Positions 1-10,221 are shown, counted from the whole stretch's first letter. The stretch is DNA of 61,055 bases, filler included, from 7 parts of 7 records of this genome joined end to end with filler, not necessarily neighbours in it; one strand, 5' to 3'. Notes: generated by a model not told the origin, from the letters alone. Numbers and translations are program-made.

Positions 1-26
1 TGATTGAAAGCGCACAGCAAGCAATC

Positions 27-70
27 AAAACCCCGGCCGGTGACACACCGACCGGGGTTTTTTATTTTTT
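27..70 (+). terminator. Intrinsic terminator hairpin just upstream of ilvB (possible attenuator)
   Basis: AAAACCCCGGCCGGTG(27-42)-ACA-CACCGACCGGGGTTTT(46-61), one mismatch, followed by a T-tract to 70. Confidence 0.8.
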
Positions 71-117
71 AAGCCGATTTTTAACCACTTTTAAGGCAAG
101 TTATGGAGGATGAACAA

Positions 118-1779
118 ATGACTTATTCTGGTGCCGACATCGTCATCAAGCTGCTTGAACGGCAGGGGATCGATATCATCTCCGGTATTCCCGGGGGGAC
201 CAACCTGCCCCTGTACGATGCATTGGGCAAAAGTACCATCCGTCACATCCTGGCCCGCCATGAGCAGGGGGCCGGGTTTATCGCCCAGGGGATGGCCCGG
301 TCCACCGGACGGCCCGCAGTGTGCTTTGCCACCTCGGGGCCCGGGGCCACCAACCTCATCACGGCCATGGCGGATGCCCACCTGGACTCGGTGCCCGTGG
401 TGGCGATCTCCGGGCAGACACCGCTTCCCCTCATGGGAACCGATGCCTTCCAGGAGGTGGACACCTTTGGCATGAGCCTGCCGGTGACCAAGCATAATTT
501 CCTGGTCCGGTCGGTGGCGGAACTGCTCACCACCATCCCCAAGGCGTTCGAGATTGCCATGTCAGGTCGCCCCGGACCGGTTTGGGTGGACATTCCCAAA
601 GATATTCAAACCGCGACCATGGAGATCGAATGCTGGCCTGATCCGGGTCGTCAAATCACAGCGACACCACCGGATGAGGAAAGGATTATGGAGGCGGCCC
701 GCATGATTGCCGGTGCGCGTCGACCGGTGTTTTACGCCGGGGGCGGCATTGCCCGGTCCGGGGCGGGGGAGGCGGTTCGGGCCCTGTGCGAAAAAAACGG
801 CATCCCCTTGGTGTCCACCCTCATGGGGATGGGAATCCTGGAGACGGATGCCCCCGGGTATTTGGGAATGCTGGGGATGCACGGCTCCCGGGCCACCAAC
901 ATGATCCTGGACCAGGCGGACCTCCTGATTGCGGCGGGCGTTCGGTTTGACGACCGGGCCACGGGAAAAATCGAGGCCTTCTGCCCCCAGGCCCGCATCA
1001 TCCATATGGACATCGACGGGTCTGAAATCGACAAGATCCGAGCCACCCATTGCGGGATATCCGGGGATGCCGGGGGAATTATTGAAGGGCTTATTCCAAA
1101 GGTGGCGGAAGACAACCGAAGTGAATGGCGCGAGACCATCACCCGGATTCGAAAGGAAAACCCTCCCCCCCGTTTTGCCGAGGACAGGGAAAGGCCCGAA
1201 CACCTCATCCGGCAGGTGGCCCGGTACGCGGACAGGGACTGCTTTGTCGCCACCGACGTGGGGCAACACCAGATGTGGACCGCCCAATACTACCCTTTTG
1301 CGAGGCCCGATCAGTTTCTCACCTCGGGGGGCCTCGGCACCATGGGATTCGGACTTCCCGCCGCCATCGGTGCGGCGCTCAAACACCCGGACCGCCAGGT
1401 GCTCTGTTTCTCCGGGGACGGGTCCATCATGATGAACCTGCAGGAGATGGCCACCCTTTCGGAAAATGGCCTGAACGTCAAGATCATCGTGCTGAATAAC
1501 GGGGCCCTGGGCCTTGTGAGACAACAGCAGGAGCTGTTCTATGACGGCAACTACACCGCGTCCCGGTTCCGGTGCAACCCGGACCTGGCCGCCATCGCAA
1601 GGGGGTTCGGAATCACCGGCACCTCCGTCGATCCCAGTGAAAAAAGGGATGACGCACTTCAAGCATTTTTGTCCACCCAGGGACCGGGGCTGATCAACAT
1701 CCCCATCTCCCCCGACGCCAACGTTTTTCCCATGGTCCCCCCCGGGGCATCCAACACCGACATGATAGGAGGAAACTAA
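118..1779 (+). CDS. ilvB: Acetolactate synthase large subunit
   Basis: RHEQGAGF, TSGPGATN and TPP motif GDGS...NN; GGAGGA RBS at 105-110 favours ATG 118 over 103. Confidence 0.95.
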   Translation: MTYSGADIVIKLLERQGIDIISGIPGGTNLPLYDALGKSTIRHILARHEQGAGFIAQGMARSTGRPAVCFATSGPGATNLITAMADAHLDSVPVVAISGQTPLPLMGTDAFQEVDTFGMSLPVTKHNFLVRSVAELLTTIPKAFEIAMSGRPGPVWVDIPKDIQTATMEIECWPDPGRQITATPPDEERIMEAARMIAGARRPVFYAGGGIARSGAGEAVRALCEKNGIPLVSTLMGMGILETDAPGYLGMLGMHGSRATNMILDQADLLIAAGVRFDDRATGKIEAFCPQARIIHMDIDGSEIDKIRATHCGISGDAGGIIEGLIPKVAEDNRSEWRETITRIRKENPPPRFAEDRERPEHLIRQVARYADRDCFVATDVGQHQMWTAQYYPFARPDQFLTSGGLGTMGFGLPAAIGAALKHPDRQVLCFSGDGSIMMNLQEMATLSENGLNVKIIVLNNGALGLVRQQQELFYDGNYTASRFRCNPDLAAIARGFGITGTSVDPSEKRDDALQAFLSTQGPGLINIPISPDANVFPMVPPGASNTDMIGGN

Positions 1780-1780
1780 C

Positions 1781-2065
1781 ATGAGCCAAACCGTGATCGA
1801 ACTCACCGTCAACAACCACCCCGGGGTTCTCACCCGTATCTCCGGAATCTTTGCAAGGCGTGCCTTCAACCTGGACGGCGTCCTGGTGTCGGGCCTCTCC
1901 GGGACCGACCGGAGCCGGATGTTCCTTCTGGTGGCAGAGGACAGCCGCCTTCCCCAGATCATGAAACAGCTTGAAAAAAGCTATGATGTCCTGGCCCTCA
2001 CCCTTCGCCATGATCTGGGAAGCGACTGGTTCACCCCCCGGATGCCACTGGATCTCGTGTCATAG
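1781..2065 (+). CDS. ilvN: Acetolactate synthase small regulatory subunit (ACT domain only)
   Basis: V-N-N-H-P-G-V-L-x-R-I-S-G-I-F-A-R-R-A-F-N ACT signature; 1 nt after ilvB. Confidence 0.92.
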   Translation: MSQTVIELTVNNHPGVLTRISGIFARRAFNLDGVLVSGLSGTDRSRMFLLVAEDSRLPQIMKQLEKSYDVLALTLRHDLGSDWFTPRMPLDLVS

Positions 2066-2281
2066 ATAAACGTTTTTTTCCCCACGCGGGTATACAACGC
2101 GATACCCGGTATTTCCAAGACTCTCCCGGCCGATTCCCCAGGAATTGAGGAATCGGCTATATAAGCGACAATGGCCATAGGGATGATTTCGCAATTTCTC
2201 TAATTCCCGTTTCTAAATTCCTCTAATTCCCCGGGACAGGCCGGGGGCAAAAAAACAAGCCAAAAACCATTTAAACTTTCA

Positions 2282-2294
2282 TTTCAAGCAGTTA
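2282..2294 (+). promoter_or_regulatory. Probable IHF site upstream of the sigma54 promoter
   Basis: TTTCAAGCAGTTA versus consensus WATCAANNNNTTR (1 mismatch), ~30 nt upstream of the -24 box. Confidence 0.5.
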
Positions 2295-2321
2295 ACCTCA
2301 TCACCAGATACATTCAGCCCA

Positions 2322-2336
2322 TGGCACGCAACTTGC
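2322..2336 (+). promoter_or_regulatory. sigma54 (RpoN) -24/-12 promoter
   Basis: TGGCACG-CAAC-TTGC matches TGGCACG-N4-TTGC, ~50 nt before the kinase start. Confidence 0.85.
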
Positions 2337-2384
2337 GAAACAAGTTTCCAGAAACAACATTGAACCAAAGGAAACTTGACGACC

Positions 2385-4157
2385 ATGGGAATAACCATAT
2401 TTGGAAAGAAAAACAGCACCCCAGCCAATGCAGCGGTGAACCCGGGAATTTCGGATAACCTCCTGAAGACGAGAAACTACTTCAACCAGCTCAAGTTCCG
2501 CCTTGGAATCGGAGTCCTTGCCTGCTTTATCATTCCCCATGCACTGCTCTCCGCCTACTTCCATTTCCAGTTCACCGCTGCATTGAAAAAAACCGGCAAG
2601 CTCAACATCCAGGCCCTGGCCAAGAGCCAGCGCAACACGGTGGACCTCTTCCTGCGGGAGCGGGAAATCAACCTGCGCAACCTCTTCTACACCCCGGATT
2701 TCACCCCAGCCCCCCGGGAGAACAAAATGCTCTCCTATCTCCAGAATCTCAACCACCACAGCGACGCCTTTGTGGATGTGGGATTCCTCAACGGCCAGGG
2801 CATCCAGACCGGCTATGCAGGACCGTTTCCCAGCCTCCTTGGCAAGGACTACAAGGACGAAGCGTGGTTCACCACCCTGGTGGCCCAGGAAAAGGATTAC
2901 GTGATCACCGACATCTATCTCGGGTTCCGGAACAAGCCCCACTTCACTATCGCCGTGAAGCAGACCATCAACAACACCCTTTGCATCATGCGCGCCACCA
3001 TCGATCCGGACAAGTTCTACATGTTCCTGCGCTCCATCGGCAAGGGCAAGGAGGTGGAGACCATCCTGGTGAACGCCCGGGGCACCTACCAGCTGGTGGA
3101 TCCCCTCAAGGCCAACCTCCTGGAGCGCTCCCGGTACCTCCCCCCAAGGGACATGCATGCCGGCATCTACGAAATCCATGATGAGAACGGCACCATGCTC
3201 ACGGCCCATGCCTGGCTCAACGAGACCCCCTGGGCCCTGATCATCAGCCAGCCCCTCAAGATCATCCATGCCCAGATGTACAAGACCCGGAACATGATGA
3301 TGGGCAACCTGGCCCTGATCACCCTGTTCCTGGCCCTTGTGATCTGGATCACGGTGAGCCGCCTCATGAACCGGGCCCAAAAAATCGCGGAACAGAGCCA
3401 CCAGCTCCAGACCCAGCTGATCCACGCCTCAAAGCTCGCCTCGGTGGGAGAGCTTGCCACGGGGGTGGCCCATGAGATCAACAACCCCCTTGCCATCATC
3501 ACCTCCACCACCGGGGTGGTCAAGGACATGCTCAATCCGGAATTCAACCTGGACGCACGCCCCGAAGCGATCCTCAGCGAACTCGACACCATCGAGTCCG
3601 CCGCCTTCAGGGCCAGCGGCATCACCCGCCAGCTCCTGGACTTCGGCAGAAAGAACGAACCAAAGAAGGATCTCCACGACATCAACGAGGTGCTGGAAAA
3701 AGTGATCATCGGGGTGAAAAAGCACCGCTTCAACCTGGCCGACATCGAACTTGTGAAGCACTACGCCCCCCATCTTCCCAAAATCCGAATCGATGCCGAC
3801 CAGATTTCCCAGGTGTTCCTCAACCTTCTCAACAATGCCGAGGACGCCATTTCGGGAAGCGGCACCATCACCGTCACCACCCGCCTTGAAAAGGATCGGG
3901 TAATCACCATGATCCAGGACACAGGCGGCGGCATGTCCCCGGACCAGCTCAAGGAGATCTTCAACCCCTTTTACACCACCAAGGAGGCGGGCAAGGGAAC
4001 GGGCCTGGGATTAAGCATTTCCCTTGGCATCATCAACTCCATGGGCGGCACCATCGAGGTCCAGAGCCTGCCCGGCCGGGGCAGCCTCTTCACCATATCC
4101 CTTCCGGTCCACTCCCCGGAAACCACTGTCAACAATAACAAGGGAGGCAAGCGATGA
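2385..4157 (+). CDS. Membrane sensor histidine kinase (2 TM, extracytoplasmic Cache-like domain, NtrB-type core)
   Basis: H-box VAHEINNPL, N-box LLNNAEDA, DTGGG, FNPFYTTK, GTGLGL; start ATG 2385 (alternative TTG 2376). Confidence 0.93.
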   Translation: MGITIFGKKNSTPANAAVNPGISDNLLKTRNYFNQLKFRLGIGVLACFIIPHALLSAYFHFQFTAALKKTGKLNIQALAKSQRNTVDLFLREREINLRNLFYTPDFTPAPRENKMLSYLQNLNHHSDAFVDVGFLNGQGIQTGYAGPFPSLLGKDYKDEAWFTTLVAQEKDYVITDIYLGFRNKPHFTIAVKQTINNTLCIMRATIDPDKFYMFLRSIGKGKEVETILVNARGTYQLVDPLKANLLERSRYLPPRDMHAGIYEIHDENGTMLTAHAWLNETPWALIISQPLKIIHAQMYKTRNMMMGNLALITLFLALVIWITVSRLMNRAQKIAEQSHQLQTQLIHASKLASVGELATGVAHEINNPLAIITSTTGVVKDMLNPEFNLDARPEAILSELDTIESAAFRASGITRQLLDFGRKNEPKKDLHDINEVLEKVIIGVKKHRFNLADIELVKHYAPHLPKIRIDADQISQVFLNLLNNAEDAISGSGTITVTTRLEKDRVITMIQDTGGGMSPDQLKEIFNPFYTTKEAGKGTGLGLSISLGIINSMGGTIEVQSLPGRGSLFTISLPVHSPETTVNNNKGGKR

Positions 4158-4564
4158 AAGTCCTGCTGGTGGACGACGAAGAACAGTTCCGCATTGCCGT
4201 CGCAAAACAACTGACGGTCAGGGGCCACACGGTCCATGAAGCCGGATCCGGTGAGGAGGGCATTGCCATGGCCAAGGAGATGTCCCTGGATGTGGTCCTC
4301 CTTGACATGCGTCTGCCCGGCATCAACGGCACCGCCACATTACAAGAGATGAAAAGGGTATCTCCCCTGACAGAGATAATCATGCTTACCGGACACGCCA
4401 CGGTAAAGGCTGCCATGGAAGCGATCAACATGGGGGCCTTTGACTATATGACGAAACCCATTGGAATCAACGAACTGATCTACAAGATGGAGGATGCCTA
4501 TACGAAAAAGCGACTCACCAAACAACAGATAAAGGTAAGCACACTATCCGTCAACATCCGATAA
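4154..4564 (+). CDS. Single-domain response regulator receiver
   Basis: LLVDDE, LLDMRLP phospho-Asp, LTGH, YMTKP; ATGA overlap with the kinase; no output domain. Confidence 0.93.
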   Translation: MKVLLVDDEEQFRIAVAKQLTVRGHTVHEAGSGEEGIAMAKEMSLDVVLLDMRLPGINGTATLQEMKRVSPLTEIIMLTGHATVKAAMEAINMGAFDYMTKPIGINELIYKMEDAYTKKRLTKQQIKVSTLSVNIR

Positions 4565-4578
4565 AAGGAGCAACAACA

Positions 4579-5877
4579 ATGAATTTTTTTAAACAATGGG
4601 GCAGGTTCATGATCCAGGGATCACGGCACTATGCCCAGTGGGAAATCAACAATGCAAACACCATCCTCAACAGCAGAAAACGGATCGCGATCCTGGGGCT
4701 GCTCCTGGTGCCGGCCATCATCGGCGGCGTTGTGTTTGCCGACGACATCGGCAGCGCCGTGCCCGGCCTCATCGGCGGCCACCACGCCTACAGCCCCTCC
4801 TACTACAGCCTGGGAATATTTGTGGTCTCCATCTTTGTGGGACTCCTGGCAGGGCTCATCACCGGCTGCATCGGCGCCGGCGGCGGCTTCATCATCGCAC
4901 CGGCCCTGATGAGCGCCGGCATCAAGGGCATCCTGGCCGTGGGCACGGATCTCTTCCACATCTTTGCCAAGGCGATCATGGGCAGCGTCATCCACCGGAA
5001 GTTAGGCAACGTGAGCGTTCCCCTGGCCGTGGTCTTTGTCCTCGGGGCCCTTCTGGGCGCCACGGGTGGCGGGCTGTTGAACCGCTATCTTTACGAGCTG
5101 AACCCGGTCTTGAGCGACGCCTTTATCAGCAGCGTCTACGTGTTCATGCTGGGCTTTCTCGGCATCTACGCCCTCACGGATTTCCTGCGCTCCAGAAATC
5201 CGGGCAAACAAACAGGCGACAGCGGCGGCGACGACGCCCTGGGCAGCCTTCCCAGAAAGCTCCAGTCCGTTGCCCTGCCCCCCATGGTCCGGTTCGACTT
5301 TGACATCACCCCCGGCGGCCGGAGCATCTCCTGGCTCTTCCTGGTCCTCTCGGGCGGGCTCGTGGGACTTGCCGCTGGCATCATGGGCGTGGGCGGCGGT
5401 TTCCTCACCTTCCCCATCTTTGTCTATGTCATGGGCGTCTCCTCCATGACCACGGTGGGCACCGACATCTTCCAGATCATCTTCACGGCGGGCTACGCCT
5501 CCATCGCCCAGTATGCCATCTACGGCTTCATCTTCTACACCCTTGCCATCGGCATGCTCCTCGGGTCCCTGCTGGGCATCCAGATCGGCGCCATGGTGAC
5601 CAAGGTGGTCAACGACACCACCATCCGGGGATTTTACGCCATCGCCATCCTCTCGGGATTCGTAAACCGGCTCTTTGCCCTGCCGGTAAAGCTTGCGGAC
5701 ATGGAGATCATCTCCCTTTCCCATGAAACCGGGGTATTGCTCAACACCATCGGCACCTGGGCCTTCTTCCTGGTGATCGGCATCTTCGGGGTCTGGGTCT
5801 TTTCCACCTTTTTCATGAACATCAGCACCCTGAGGGGCAAAGAAAGAACCCTGAGGGGCGAGGAGGTGCGATCATGA
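4579..5877 (+). CDS. TauE/SafE (TSUP) family permease
   Basis: Duplicated GxxGxGGGF motifs (GCIGAGGGF, GIMGVGGGF) with AVGTD/TVGTD; many TM helices; AGGAG RBS. Confidence 0.9.
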   Translation: MNFFKQWGRFMIQGSRHYAQWEINNANTILNSRKRIAILGLLLVPAIIGGVVFADDIGSAVPGLIGGHHAYSPSYYSLGIFVVSIFVGLLAGLITGCIGAGGGFIIAPALMSAGIKGILAVGTDLFHIFAKAIMGSVIHRKLGNVSVPLAVVFVLGALLGATGGGLLNRYLYELNPVLSDAFISSVYVFMLGFLGIYALTDFLRSRNPGKQTGDSGGDDALGSLPRKLQSVALPPMVRFDFDITPGGRSISWLFLVLSGGLVGLAAGIMGVGGGFLTFPIFVYVMGVSSMTTVGTDIFQIIFTAGYASIAQYAIYGFIFYTLAIGMLLGSLLGIQIGAMVTKVVNDTTIRGFYAIAILSGFVNRLFALPVKLADMEIISLSHETGVLLNTIGTWAFFLVIGIFGVWVFSTFFMNISTLRGKERTLRGEEVRS

Positions 5878-6560
5878 TAGCCAACAGGAAAGAGTTCTAC
5901 ACCGGCGCGTTCATGCTGCTGGCATTCGCAGGCATTCTTGCAATCATGTTCTCCCCGGTCTACCATGGCAAAAACGGGCTCTGCTTCCTGGACAACATGT
6001 TCAACGCCATGTCCAAGGGATCTGCCTACTACATTCCCGCGGTAAAAACCGAGACGGCCACACTCAAGGGCAAGACCGTGCGCCTCACCCTTGAGATGGA
6101 CACGCTGGCCCGGGTCCAACCGGCAAGCCGGGTGCTGAGCCGGGCCGATGCCCGGGTCACCACCTCGGGAAAGGTGTTAACCCTCACGGCGGACCTGGGG
6201 AAGGTCCTTGACGCCTGCTTAACGGATGCGGACACCATGTACCACAACGATGGCAACGCGATCCGGCAGAAGTACCATACCGACGAACGGGTCATCCTGT
6301 TCAACTGGTACCAACTGCTCAACCACATGGAAAAGGGGCTGACAAAGCAAAAGCTGTTCAAGGAAGCCAAAATCGTGGCCCAGGTGAACCACAAGGCCGT
6401 GGAGACCGCCTACAATTACTACAAGGTGGAGGCAAAATCGGTCAAGGCCAGCGCCGCCATGCTCGTTTTTGCCCTGGCGTTCTACGTGATCTACACCCTT
6501 TGGTACGGATTCGGCATTATGTTCGTGTTCGAAGGCCTTGGCATGCAGATAGAACATTAA
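5874..6560 (+). CDS. Hypothetical membrane protein (N- and C-terminal TM helices) coupled to TauE
   Basis: ATGA overlap with TauE, GAGGAGG RBS, consistent codon usage. Confidence 0.85.
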   Translation: MIANRKEFYTGAFMLLAFAGILAIMFSPVYHGKNGLCFLDNMFNAMSKGSAYYIPAVKTETATLKGKTVRLTLEMDTLARVQPASRVLSRADARVTTSGKVLTLTADLGKVLDACLTDADTMYHNDGNAIRQKYHTDERVILFNWYQLLNHMEKGLTKQKLFKEAKIVAQVNHKAVETAYNYYKVEAKSVKASAAMLVFALAFYVIYTLWYGFGIMFVFEGLGMQIEH

Positions 6561-6578
6561 GGACAAAGGCAGCTTGAG

Positions 6579-9171
6579 ATGATGAACCTGATAACGAAAA
6601 CACTGGCCCGGCTCTTCAAAAACGACCCGAAACCCGATCCCTCCAACGTGGAGAAACTGCGCCTCAATTTCAAATCCAGGTATCATCATTTCAAGCTGCT
6701 CCTGAACGCCAACAACCGCTGCCTTGAGGAGATGGCCGAGATGGAGCAGGCCCTCAAGGGAGACAAAACCTTCGGCATGAGCTTTATCAGAACCTGCTGC
6801 ACCGCCATCTCCGTGAATGTGCTCACCATGATCAACAACATGGAACAGCTCGCCCCGGGCAAATACCCGGAACTTAAGCCCCGGTTCGACGCCATCCGCA
6901 CCGACCTCGACCGCCTGCTCCACCCCAGTGCCAGGGTCAAGGAGGAGCGGCTCGTCATCCCCTTTGACAAAATCAACCAGGAAATGGCCAATGTGGCGGG
7001 TGGCAAGATGGCCAAGCTTGGGGAGATCAAAAACCGCCTCAACATCAACGTGCCCCACGGTTTTGTGATCACGGCCACCGCCTTTGAGCGCTTCATCCGC
7101 CTCAACGACCTCCAGGACGAGATCGACACCATCACCCAGGCGTCCGGGGCCGACGATCTCAAGACGCTGGACATCATCAGCGCCCAGATCCAGCAGAAAA
7201 TCATCACCGCCGCCATGCCCCCCGAACTCGAAACCGAAGTAAACAAAAACTGGCACTATCTTGAACAGACCGCCAACCGGCCCCTCCAGCTTGCCATTCG
7301 CAGCAGCGCCCTGTGCGAAGACAGCCTGGAGAGTTCGTTTGCCGGCCAGTATAGAAGCGAACTCAACGTGGACCGGGAGGACTTCGCCCATGTCTACAAG
7401 GAGGTGGTGGCCAGCAAGTACAGTGTCCAGGCCATGACCTACCGGCTCAACAAGGGATTCAGGGACGAGGACATCGCCATGTGCATCGGCTGCATGGAGA
7501 TGATCGATGCCGTGGCGGGCGGGGTGATCTACACCCGCAACCCCGTGAACGCCGACGACGACTCGGTTTTCATCAACTCGGCCTGGGGCCTGCCAAAGCT
7601 TGTGGTGGACGGCAGCGATTCCTTCGACCTCCTGGCGGTCTCCCGCAAGACCCCCTTTAAGATCACCCGAAGGGACATCGGCGAAAAAACCATCCGCTAC
7701 CGCTGCTCCCGGTCCGAGGGCATCAAGAAAGCGCCGGTGCCGGACAAGGACCGGACACGCCCCTCCATCACCGACCATACCGCCATGGAACTTGCCCGGC
7801 TCTCCCTTGCCATTGAAGCGTACTACACCATCCCCCAGGACATCGAATGGGCCCTTTCCCGGGATGGCAGCCTATATATCCTCCAGTGCCGCCCGTTGAA
7901 ACAGAAGGAGAGAACAACGCCAGCCCCGGACATGCCCGGCATGGACAAAGCCCTGCTGTCAGGGGGCATCACGGCAAGCCCGGGCGCGGCCACGGGCACG
8001 GTTTACCGCGCCACCCGGGATGCGGACATCCTCTGGTTTCCGGAGAACGCCATCCTGCTGGTGGAACAGGCAAGACCCCGGTGGGCCCCCCTTCTCAACC
8101 GGGCTGCGGGCATCATCTCCGAACACGGCGGCTTTGCCGGCCACCTTGCCAACGTGGCAAGGGAGTTCTCGGTGCCCGCCATCATGAACATCCCGGGCGC
8201 CATTGAGACCCTGAAACCGGGGGAGATCATCACCATGGACGCGGACACCTGCTCCGTTTATAAAGGGGAACAGCCCGCCATCCTTGCCGGGAAACAACCG
8301 GCCCGGCCCAACCCCATGAAGGAAAGCACCGTGTTCAGGCTCCTGAAACAGGCCTGCGACCTGATCGTGCCCCTGAACCTCATGGATCCCGACGCCACCG
8401 GGTTCCACCCGGGCGCCTGCAAGACCTTCCACGACCTCACCCGGTTCATCCACGAGCGGTCGGTCCACGAGATGTTCAACTTCGGCGCCACCAACAACTT
8501 CCCGGAGCACTCCAGCAAGCAGCTCCACTACCATGTGCCCCTGAACTGGTGGCTCCTCAACCTGGACGACGGTTTCACGTCCACTGTCACAGGTCCCCAT
8601 GTGCGCCTCAAAGATATCGCATCCCTTCCCATGCTCGCCTTTTGGGAGGGGTTCATCCTCGTCCCCTGGGACGGCCCCCCGCCGGTGGACGGCCGGGGAC
8701 TGATGTCGGTGATGTTCCGCTCCACCATGAACCCCTCCCTGGTGCCCGGCGTCCGGTCCAAGTATGCGGACAAGAACTACTTCATGATCTCCAGGCACTA
8801 TTGCAGCCTCAACTCCCGCCTGGGCTACCACTTTTCCACCATGGAAGCCCTGGTGAGCGGCCGGGCCTCGGAAGACTACATCAGCTTCCAGTTCAAGGGC
8901 GGAGCGGCAGACTACGACCGCCGGATCAAACGGGTCCGTTTCATCAAGGAGATCCTGGAAACCTACGATTTCACGGTCACGGTAAGGGAGGACACCCTCA
9001 CGGCCCGCATGGAGGGCCAGGGCACCGACGTGCTGAAAACGCGCCTCATGATACTCGGCTACCTGAGCCTCCACACCCGGCAGATCGACATGATCATGTC
9101 CAACAGCCGCCGTGTGAACTTTTACAGGGAAAAGATCGGCAACGATATTGACAGAAAAATCATAAAACCAC
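6579..9171 (+). CDS. PEP-synthase/PPDK-like phosphotransferase (ATP-grasp + phospho-His swivel domain, non-canonical C-terminus); 3' end truncated by contig end
   Basis: GGKMAKL, RSSALCEDS..SFAGQ, QDIEWA, ILQCRP; His domain GGFAGHLANVARE. Confidence 0.88.
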
Positions 9172-9271
9172 NNNNNNNNNNNNNNNNNNNNNNNNNNNNN
9201 NNNNNNNNNNNNNNNTTAATTAATTAANNNNNNNNNNNNNNNNNNNNNNNNNNNNNNNNNNNNNNNNNNNN
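9172..9271. other. Artificial contig spacer
   Basis: 44 N + TTAATTAATTAA (stops in all six frames) + 44 N. Confidence 0.99.
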
Positions 9272-9291
9272 AGACGCAAGATCTTGCGTCT
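9272..9291. repeat. REP-like palindrome, truncated at contig edge
   Basis: AGACGCAAGATCTTGCGTCT is a perfect palindrome, followed by TTAC. Confidence 0.6.
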
Positions 9292-9308
9292 TTACAGATC
9301 CGTAATAA

Positions 9309-10025
9309 TTATTTCACACATTCAGTAAGAAATAATCTAATTATTTTATCCCGTTCTTCTACTGGCAATCTTTCCGGATGGAATTGCGTTCCCAACATCC
9401 ATTGATCACCTTGCCATTCAATGCATTCAACGATGGAATCGGCTGACCAGGCTGTGATCTTAAAGTTTTCGTTCAGGTATTCAGGTTCTACGCATTGATG
9501 ATGGAAGGAATTAACTTCCAGACTATCGCCGAAAAGTTCAGCTATTATGGAATTATCTTGAGTGCCGATCATATGTTTTACACCCCGATGACCTTCAATA
9601 TGACGAATAAGTTTTCCACCTGTAGCAATGTTCATTAGCTGTTCTCCGGCACAAATGCCTAAGATCGGTTTGCCGCTTTCAATTGCCAAGTCCATTAACA
9701 ATGTGTCAAATGCAGCCCGATGTAAACTCATTTTATTCATGGTCTTATGCATATCTTTACCGTACCATTGAGGTGGGTAATCCCGTCCTCCGATAAATAC
9801 AAAGCCATCCAATTCCTTGATCTCTTTTTTAAGGAAATCCTCATTATCGGTACACGGTATCAACCTGACTGTGCCACCATTTTCTCTAATAGCATCTACA
9901 TATGACTTGTTGATCTGGTATTTTCCCTGCCAATAAGCCATGGTCATGCCGATGACGGGAGTTTCTTGCTTTGAGCAAGAGAGGAATAGTGTGATGATGA
10001 TGAATAGTGATATAGTTTTTTTCAT
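9309..10025 (-). CDS. Peptidase C26 / gamma-glutamyl-GABA hydrolase (PuuD-like) class I glutamine amidotransferase with lipoprotein signal
   Basis: GGRDY, LGICAG nucleophile, NSFHHQ, QFHPE; N-terminus MKK...LFLSC lipobox. Confidence 0.88.
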   Translation of the reverse strand: MKKTISLFIIITLFLSCSKQETPVIGMTMAYWQGKYQINKSYVDAIRENGGTVRLIPCTDNEDFLKKEIKELDGFVFIGGRDYPPQWYGKDMHKTMNKMSLHRAAFDTLLMDLAIESGKPILGICAGEQLMNIATGGKLIRHIEGHRGVKHMIGTQDNSIIAELFGDSLEVNSFHHQCVEPEYLNENFKITAWSADSIVECIEWQGDQWMLGTQFHPERLPVEERDKIIRLFLTECVK

Positions 10026-10073
10026 TGTAGCATGTTGTTTTAAGTTTATTGTCTATGTTATATTCTTGAATAT

Positions 10074-10131
10074 GTAGGGGAGGCTCGTGAGCCTCCCTTT
10101 CTTTGTTGGGCGACTCTCGAGTCGCCCGTAC
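10074..10131. repeat. Inverted pair of GTAG/GTAC-tailed REP palindromes (REPIN-like doublet)
   Basis: GTAG-GGGAGGCTC-GT-GAGCCTCCC (10074-10097) and GGGCGACTC-TC-GAGTCGCCC-GTAC (10108-10131). Confidence 0.75.
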
Positions 10132-10221
10132 ATTACGCATCAATTTTTCAACATTTTAGCGCTTCAACATAAAATTATAAAAAATCATTCAATTATCACA
10201 TGAAATTATTTAATTTCACGC

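Noticed and set aside
562..9074. Long antisense ORFs (562-1962, 2301-3425, 6219-7778, 7959-9074)
   Set aside because: Shadow frames of GC-rich genes with clear family motifs on the opposite strand; no motifs of their own.
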